Positions 46,190-51,590 of a stretch of DNA of 51,590 nucleotides are shown here, one piece after another. The DNA is from a virus. Taxonomy: Duplodnaviria > Caudoviricetes. The first letter of the stretch is position 1. The number at the start of each line of letters is the position of its first letter. Below the pieces are notes generated by a model that ran no database searches, was not told where the DNA came from, and saw only the letters and a program-made list of their open reading frames with translations. The stretch spans positions 1-51,590 of the IMG/VR virus record IMGVR_UViG_3300021224_000010; one strand, given 5' to 3'. The translations under genes were made by a program, and so were the position numbers.

Positions 46190-47848
46190 TTATGAAAGCA
46201 GGAACTGCATTTTCATGGATCCAGCAGGAATGGAACCGGTATAGGTTGAGCTGCCTTGCTTGATGTTGAACGCGTAATGACCTTGTTCAGCTTCATGTCG
46301 CAGGTTCATAACTTCATATGTTCCAACAGCAACAGCGTTGCTGTTATCCCTGAACTTTCGGGTTCGGTTTACTTCCAAAATCCGAACACGCTTTACTCGA
46401 TCTTCCTGGACTGAATCCAGTACAGCCTGATCAACGAACACATGCCCGAAAGCGCTGGACTTTAAATTGTCAGCGTTCAACAAGACGGCATCAGCATCCT
46501 TTTCTGTTCCGTCTTGAATGCTGCATACAAGGCCGGCCCACTTTTCCGCAATGTTGTTGTGGCCGAATCGCTTGACGTTTTCGGGGCCAGCGACTGTTGC
46601 TCCATCAAAGAATTCGTCATTGGTGAGAACCTCGATGACGCGCTCTACAAAGCTTTCATCATCGTCTACAACGAACCCGTCTTTGCCGTCACTGATAATT
46701 TCTTCGGGGCCGTAGTTGGTTCGGTATGAAACAACCGGTGTACCCATGGATAGGGACTCCATGAAGCTAAGCCCGAATCCTTCATGTTCCGATGCTGCAA
46801 GGCTTACGCGTGCGCGCCGGAAAGGGCCTGAAGGATTCGCCGTGTAGCCCATCATGGTCACTGACTCGCCAAGGCCAAGCAGATCGATCGCTTTTCTAAT
46901 TGGCGCGTCGTCGGCGCCAGACCCCCATATTTCAAGCTTTGCACCAGGTACGCGGTCGATGACCTTGCGGAAATTCCTGACGATTCTTGAAATGCCCTTG
47001 AGCGCATCCAGGCGACTGATCACAACAGCTAGGTTTTTATCCCGGCGAATCTCACCGACTGGCGAAAAGTTGGTAAGTGGGTTGCCGATGACATGGATTT
47101 TCGGGTTGTGCCCGTACTCCAGTTCAAGGTCCCGATGCTGGGCGCGTGTAAGAACGACCAGGGCATCACACCGCTTAAGGTTTTCAAGCACTTCGACGCT
47201 GCTGGCTTTTACAGCGGCACCGAACGAATAAGGCGGGTTCAGGTGATTGCTGTGCATCGTCAGGATTTTAAAAATCTGCTCGCCGCGCACGTTGACCACG
47301 ATATGGCTTGCCCGCCACGGGTCAGCAATCAGGACTGCTGGCAGGTTGTGGTTACTTATCTGCTCAAGCCAATAGCTCTGTGAATCAAACTTGGAGCTGA
47401 AGTGGACAGACTTTTTGCCGGGTAGAAATAGAGACGACGAAAGTACGTTTCGGTCGGCGTCTAATATTTCCTCTGCAAAAATGTATCCGGAGCCAATTGC
47501 ATAACGAACGATCTGCATGCCCGTCACGCCGATGAATTCGCTTGTTCGAATCACCGGCACATCCAGCATTGAGCCATTAATACCAACGGTATGACCTGGG
47601 TCAGTGTTGCCGGCCTGGGCGATGCTGGCGTAATAAGAGTAGAGGTTGACCACGATTACATCTGGCGAGAGGCGCCCGTCAGCACGCATGGTCCGGACTG
47701 AGGCAGCGATGCGAGTGTCATGCTCAAGCAGGGCGATAACTGCGGACTGTCCGTGTAAGGAAAGCATTTCTGCCCGACTTAAAGAGACCCGCGTGATTCC
47801 TCCAGCGTTAGGAGATAGCCGATTTAGGATTGAAATAACTTGTGACAC
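46190..47848 (-). CDS. GT-B glycosyltransferase, GT4 family (TarM/TagE/GtfA-like architecture)
   Basis: GGITRV N-terminus, HSNH, ISRL..LKG, EGFGLSFMES, GTPVVSY...YGP. No TM segment seen. Confidence 0.9.
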   Translation of the reverse strand: MSQVISILNRLSPNAGGITRVSLSRAEMLSLHGQSAVIALLEHDTRIAASVRTMRADGRLSPDVIVVNLYSYYASIAQAGNTDPGHTVGINGSMLDVPVIRTSEFIGVTGMQIVRYAIGSGYIFAEEILDADRNVLSSSLFLPGKKSVHFSSKFDSQSYWLEQISNHNLPAVLIADPWRASHIVVNVRGEQIFKILTMHSNHLNPPYSFGAAVKASSVEVLENLKRCDALVVLTRAQHRDLELEYGHNPKIHVIGNPLTNFSPVGEIRRDKNLAVVISRLDALKGISRIVRNFRKVIDRVPGAKLEIWGSGADDAPIRKAIDLLGLGESVTMMGYTANPSGPFRRARVSLAASEHEGFGLSFMESLSMGTPVVSYRTNYGPEEIISDGKDGFVVDDDESFVERVIEVLTNDEFFDGATVAGPENVKRFGHNNIAEKWAGLVCSIQDGTEKDADAVLLNADNLKSSAFGHVFVDQAVLDSVQEDRVKRVRILEVNRTRKFRDNSNAVAVGTYEVMNLRHEAEQGHYAFNIKQGSSTYTGSIPAGSMKMQFLLS

Positions 47849-47850
47849 TT

Positions 47851-48021
47851 TTATTCGCCCTCAGGATCAAAGTCATCAGTTCTTTCTTCCTCAAGAACAT
47901 CCCTTACTAACTGTTTGATCCGGATTTCTTGCGCGGGTGTGAAGGCTTCGGCTACCGCAGCGCTAGAGGCTAGGCCTTTAGTTTGCAGGACGCTAACGCT
48001 CCCTTTGTGTTTCTTTTCCAT
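47851..48021 (-). CDS. 56-aa protein co-transcribed with the glycosyltransferase (not in ORF track)
   Basis: MEKKHKGSVSVLQTKGLASSAAVAEAFTPAQEIRIKQLVRDVLEEERTDDFDPEGE; AAGGA RBS; stop 2 nt before the GT start. Confidence 0.6.
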   Translation of the reverse strand: MEKKHKGSVSVLQTKGLASSAAVAEAFTPAQEIRIKQLVRDVLEEERTDDFDPEGE

Positions 48022-48089
48022 GTTGGACATCCTTGAACTAAGTACATCGATCGACCAGTGTACCGAGTTTTACCGTATGCACATTTATT

Positions 48090-48111
48090 GCCCGCCTTGA
48101 GCGGGTTTTTT
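48090..48111 (+). terminator. Terminator-like hairpin before endolysin
   Basis: GCCCGC/GCGGGT plus T run. Confidence 0.6.
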
Positions 48112-48131
48112 ATTGCCTGGAGAAAAGTGAT

Positions 48132-48641
48132 ATGCCGCGTATTTCTGAAGCCGCCGCGGGCGGCCGTAACGTATTGGCGACGCTCGATGCGATCGCCTGG
48201 GCCGAGCTTGGGTCTGATTACCTGAAGCGATCCGACGACGGCTACAACGTCATCGTGACGGGCATTGATGGCCGGCTTGAACTGTTCAACGACTATGCCG
48301 ACCATCCCTTCATTGGTGGGAGAAAGTCGAAAACGATCAACAGCAGAGGCCTGACCTCAAACGCATCGGGCCGCTACCAGCAGATGCTGAAGGACTGGCC
48401 GCACTACCGCGCCCAGTTGAAGCTGACGGACTTCGGGCCGATCAGCCAGGACAAGCTGGCCATCCAGCACATTCGCGAATGCCGTGCCCTTGAGGACGCG
48501 AAGGCGGGGCGTATTGAGCTGGCCCTGACCAAGTGCCGAAACATCTGGGCCAGCCTGCCGGGGGCCGGTTACGGGCAGCGCGAGCATCGCATGGACGATC
48601 TGCTGGCCCGCTACGTGTCGGCAGGCGGGGTGCTGGCATGA
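48132..48641 (+). CDS. Endolysin, lambda R-like transglycosylase
   Basis: IAWAE, SNASGRYQ, DFGPISQD, IWASLPGAGYGQ. Confidence 0.93.
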   Translation: MPRISEAAAGGRNVLATLDAIAWAELGSDYLKRSDDGYNVIVTGIDGRLELFNDYADHPFIGGRKSKTINSRGLTSNASGRYQQMLKDWPHYRAQLKLTDFGPISQDKLAIQHIRECRALEDAKAGRIELALTKCRNIWASLPGAGYGQREHRMDDLLARYVSAGGVLA

Positions 48642-49009
48642 CTCTGGCTCAGAAGATCGCTGTCCTTGGCTTGGCGGCGGTTCTGCTGCTGGCCCTGGGA
48701 GCCGGCGGCGGGATGTGGCTGGCAAGCGGGCATTACCGCCCGCTGCTCGACGCGGCGAATATCGACCTGGCCAAGGCCACGTCGGCGCATGAACACCTTG
48801 AAGCGTTGGCGGGGGAGCAAGGCAGGAAGCTTGGCGAGTTGGTGCGGGCCGGCCAATTGCGGGAGCGGAATGCCGCGCAGGCCCAGGAGAAGGCGAGGCA
48901 AGAAGCTCAGCCAGACTACACCGCCGCTAACCAGTTGTTGCGGGAGCGAACTGGCGGTGACCCTGCCCAGGCTGCGGCCGCGATTATCGATCAGGAGTTG
49001 GGGCTATGA
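48638..49009 (+). CDS. Rz-like inner-membrane spanin
   Basis: N-terminal TM plus coiled coil; ATGA overlap with endolysin. Confidence 0.8.
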   Translation: MTLAQKIAVLGLAAVLLLALGAGGGMWLASGHYRPLLDAANIDLAKATSAHEHLEALAGEQGRKLGELVRAGQLRERNAAQAQEKARQEAQPDYTAANQLLRERTGGDPAQAAAAIIDQELGL

Positions 49010-49263
49010 GGTTTCTGCTGGTGGTGTTGGCGCTGTTACTGGCTGGATGCGCTGGTCGGCAGCCGGAAGTGCGCACCGTACGCGTTGAGGTGCCGGTGCA
49101 GGTTCCGTGCAAGACACAGGAAGTCGCTGTTCCGCCCTGGGCCGTCGATGGCTTGAAGAAGTCCGACAGCCTGGAGCTGAAAGTGCGGGCGCTTTTGGCT
49201 GATCGCCGGCAACGAATCGGCTATGAGCGGCAATTGGTTGCAACTGCGCGCGCGTGCAGGTAA
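49006..49263 (+). CDS. Rz1-like outer-membrane spanin lipoprotein
   Basis: Lipobox LAGC; VEVPVQVPC; terminal AC. Confidence 0.82.
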   Translation: MRFLLVVLALLLAGCAGRQPEVRTVRVEVPVQVPCKTQEVAVPPWAVDGLKKSDSLELKVRALLADRRQRIGYERQLVATARACR

Positions 49264-49348
49264 AGAATAATTCTGGACACCAAATCCCAATGGGCTGTGG
49301 AGTTCTACTGATACGGCTTTTACTACTTCGAGCAAAGGGTGAGTCGAC

Positions 49349-49783
49349 ATGGATTACGCTTACTGGAAAACTTTGTCTTTAGATCAAAAGGCTTATTTCA
49401 TTGGTGCTCTGAAAAAGTTTGACGCCATGATGAATGGCCTGATTTCTTCTGCGGCGGACGCGGCGGTCATGAAAAAGCCCACGGAGAAGCTGTCTACCAA
49501 TCTTGATTTCAAAAAAAAAGGAATGGCATATCTAGATCGCTTTGCTGATTACGTAGTTAAGGGCGGCATAAGTCGGGATTTTTTAACCAAAGCAATAGAG
49601 TTGGCGAGCTATGAAATTCAAGGCATCGTCGAAGGACAGCCTAGGCAATACGTCAGAGGCGCGATCAACCAGGCGCGCTGTGACGTGATCTATTCTTTTG
49701 AGCTGGCAGAGCGCCCCTTGATTGATTTTGTAAGCACACACCAAGACGTTCATGGTACTGCTCATAAAGGCGCTTTGGTGTGA
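49349..49783 (+). CDS. Accessory hypothetical protein
   Basis: 144-aa AT-richer ORF; no motif recognised. Confidence 0.65.
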   Translation: MDYAYWKTLSLDQKAYFIGALKKFDAMMNGLISSAADAAVMKKPTEKLSTNLDFKKKGMAYLDRFADYVVKGGISRDFLTKAIELASYEIQGIVEGQPRQYVRGAINQARCDVIYSFELAERPLIDFVSTHQDVHGTAHKGALV

Positions 49784-49886
49784 TCGCTGAGCGTCTCAGT
49801 CTCCTCAATGCTAGCTGTTGGCTGATCTCTGAACTTATCTGTTCGGCCCAGCTCTCAACTTAACACTCACCCATTTGGATACACTC

Positions 49887-50174
49887 ATGAGCATTGGAGC
49901 AAGGTTGAAATCCGAGCGACTAAGGCTGGGTTTGTCTCAGGCTGCCGTTGGCACGATTGGCGGAGTTGAGGTGAACGCGCAGGGTCGATACGAGAATGGA
50001 GTGCGGCTTCCTCGAGCGGATTATCTGGCTTCTGTTGCAAAAGCCGGCATCGACATATTGTTTGTAGTCACAGGATCACGCGCTCAAAACGGTAACGCTG
50101 ATTCTGCTAAAGCCGTCGAGGCGCTCGACAGTGCGACGGAATGCCTTGAAAAGGCCAAAGAGCTCATCCACTAA
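49887..50174 (+). CDS. XRE-family HTH regulator
   Basis: IGARLKSERLRLGLSQ...YENGVRLP. Confidence 0.88.
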   Translation: MSIGARLKSERLRLGLSQAAVGTIGGVEVNAQGRYENGVRLPRADYLASVAKAGIDILFVVTGSRAQNGNADSAKAVEALDSATECLEKAKELIH

Positions 50175-50253
50175 CTCGGTCATCTCCGACGAACCCCGGT
50201 GACCTGCCTATCGGAGTGGAAGACTCCTTAGTGACTGATGGGTTTCAGCTGAT

Positions 50254-50934
50254 TCAGCGGACTGGCCGGATCAACTCCTGCCCTTTGTTCCGCACGTTGC
50301 CCACGGCTGCGTCGACCTTGAACCACTCAAATGCTTCCGACAGTTCGCCCTGGTGCAGCACCATCTGCTCGGCGCGCTCCTTGGGCGTAGCTGGGTCTAG
50401 CCATTCCCTTGCAAGCTCCGGCGTCAGCACAACCGGCCGACGGTCGTGAATATCCACCATGCCGCCGGCGCTGTCGGCGGTGATGATCACAAAGCCGTCA
50501 TGCTCGCTCTGTTCTTCGCCGGCATCCGGCAGTTGACCAATGGCTACGCACAGCACTGGCGCGCCATCCCGCCTGCGGATCAGGTAGGGCTGCTTCTTCG
50601 GCCCGCCTTCGTCTACCCACTCAAACCAGTTGTTGATCGGCGTGATTGCCCGGTGCGGCCAGATCGCCCGGAAGAACGGGCCGTGTGCGACCTTCTCGAC
50701 GCGGGCATTGATCGGCGCCGCCCGGTCCTTGGCCCAATGCGGCCGCCATCCCCAGCGCAACAGGTCCGCGCGCAGAAGATCGCCTTGGAGGTGGAGCAGG
50801 GCGACTTGTGTCGTCGGCGCCACGTTGTAGCGCTCCAGCGGCGCATCACCCACGGAGTTCACCAGGGCATTGGGCATGCTCAATGCTGCAACGAAGTCGT
50901 GAATGCCGGTGTACTGTGAAAGTCTTCCGCACAT
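50254..50934 (-). CDS. SOS response-associated peptidase (SRAP/YedK/HMCES family)
   Basis: MCGR start with Cys2, RYNVAPT, INARVE, IHDRRP. Confidence 0.93.
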   Translation of the reverse strand: MCGRLSQYTGIHDFVAALSMPNALVNSVGDAPLERYNVAPTTQVALLHLQGDLLRADLLRWGWRPHWAKDRAAPINARVEKVAHGPFFRAIWPHRAITPINNWFEWVDEGGPKKQPYLIRRRDGAPVLCVAIGQLPDAGEEQSEHDGFVIITADSAGGMVDIHDRRPVVLTPELAREWLDPATPKERAEQMVLHQGELSEAFEWFKVDAAVGNVRNKGQELIRPVR

Positions 50935-50962
50935 AGCCAGGCCCTCTATCTGAAACTTGAGC

Positions 50963-51301
50963 TTAGACAATCGTTTTTGGCTGGGGCACCAAGTTGACAA
51001 GCATCTGGCGGAGCCTCTCTGCTTCGCGCTCACTGGCCCTGACGGACATTCCGAGCGAGTCGATCTGCTTGCGCATGGCAGCGACTTCGGCGCCTCTCTC
51101 GGCGAGGTATCCCCTGTACTCGCTTTTAACGGCCTCGGCGTCGGCCAGCATCTTGGTCAATCCGAAAATATCCTCTCTGGCTTTGCGCAGATGCAGGTTT
51201 AATTCCTGGATTTCGTTCTCCAGTAACAGGGCGTGCTGGTGGCACATTTCTAAGGGCGTGGGGCTGCCAAGCCACCAATCGGTGTCTTCATCGATGTTCA
51301 T
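50963..51301 (-). CDS. Coiled-coil hypothetical protein
   Basis: Start MNIDED; WLGSPTPLEM; downstream of a LexA box. Confidence 0.75.
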   Translation of the reverse strand: MNIDEDTDWWLGSPTPLEMCHQHALLLENEIQELNLHLRKAREDIFGLTKMLADAEAVKSEYRGYLAERGAEVAAMRKQIDSLGMSVRASEREAERLRQMLVNLVPQPKTIV

Positions 51302-51319
51302 TGGGGTGCTTTCCGAGCG

Positions 51320-51335
51320 CTGTATGTGCATACAG
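51320..51335. promoter_or_regulatory. LexA (SOS) box
   Basis: CTGTATGTGCATACAG, near-perfect palindrome. Confidence 0.85.
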
Positions 51336-51380
51336 TAATCGAGGTTTACGCGATCTGCGATTTGAGGCGACGAGAGGCGA

Positions 51381-51590
51381 TCAATCAGGCGCCATGAGTA
51401 CGGCTAGGGTCAGCTTGATGAACTCTTCATTTCTGTCGAGGGTGTCCAAAGCTCCGCGCACGTTCTCAGCTACATCAGCAGACCCGCGCTGCTCCACCCA
51501 GTTAGATAGCTCCATGATGGAGGCTTCGAGAGCTAGTTGGTTTTCGTAGAGCTTTGACAGCAGGGAAGGGAGCAGGTCTGAGTTGGGCAT
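51381..51590 (-). CDS. Small hypothetical protein
   Basis: 69 aa MPNSDLLPSLL...; helical. Confidence 0.7.
   Translation of the reverse strand: MPNSDLLPSLLSKLYENQLALEASIMELSNWVEQRGSADVAENVRGALDTLDRNEEFIKLTLAVLMAPD

Larger units (their letters stand above)
1..51590. mobile_element. Lambdoid temperate prophage (siphovirus-type), probably Pseudomonas
   Basis: Canonical module order int-xis-early-cI/cro-replication-Q-packaging-head-tail-lysis. No host housekeeping genes seen. Confidence 0.96.

Noticed and set aside
1-51590. attL/attR direct repeats, tRNA genes, IS elements
   Set aside because: None recognised by eye. The window is trimmed to gene boundaries, so att cores probably lie outside.

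Overview
The window is an apparently near-complete lambdoid (HK97-type head, long non-contractile tail) temperate prophage, most likely from a Pseudomonas host. It is cut at the integrase stop codon on the left and at an ORF start on the right, so no att sites are visible. Gene order: int/xis; leftward early region (N4/N6 and C5 DNA methyltransferases, ASCH-like, DUF4406, GIY-YIG, YejK, LuxR-type HTH) interrupted by counter-oriented AT-richer accessory genes; pL with 17-bp operators; a P4-like gop-beta-cII defence cassette; cI/cro with matching operators; Rha/antirepressor; replication O/P-like genes; nin-like genes including a second tyrosine recombinase; Q and late promoter; holin; HNH; terminase; head and tail genes (lambda-type GGGAAAG frameshift); tailspike; a convergent small ORF plus GT4 glycosyltransferase operon; endolysin and spanins; XRE; and a LexA-boxed SRAP operon. 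The most unusual signals are five sequence-divergent but structurally alike RBS-sequestering bulged hairpins in the early-left operon, the glycosyltransferase moron facing the tailspike, an orphan Zn/HxHxQ protein, several unannotated small peptides and a gene-fusion deletion scar. All family calls come from motif recognition by eye; no searches were run.
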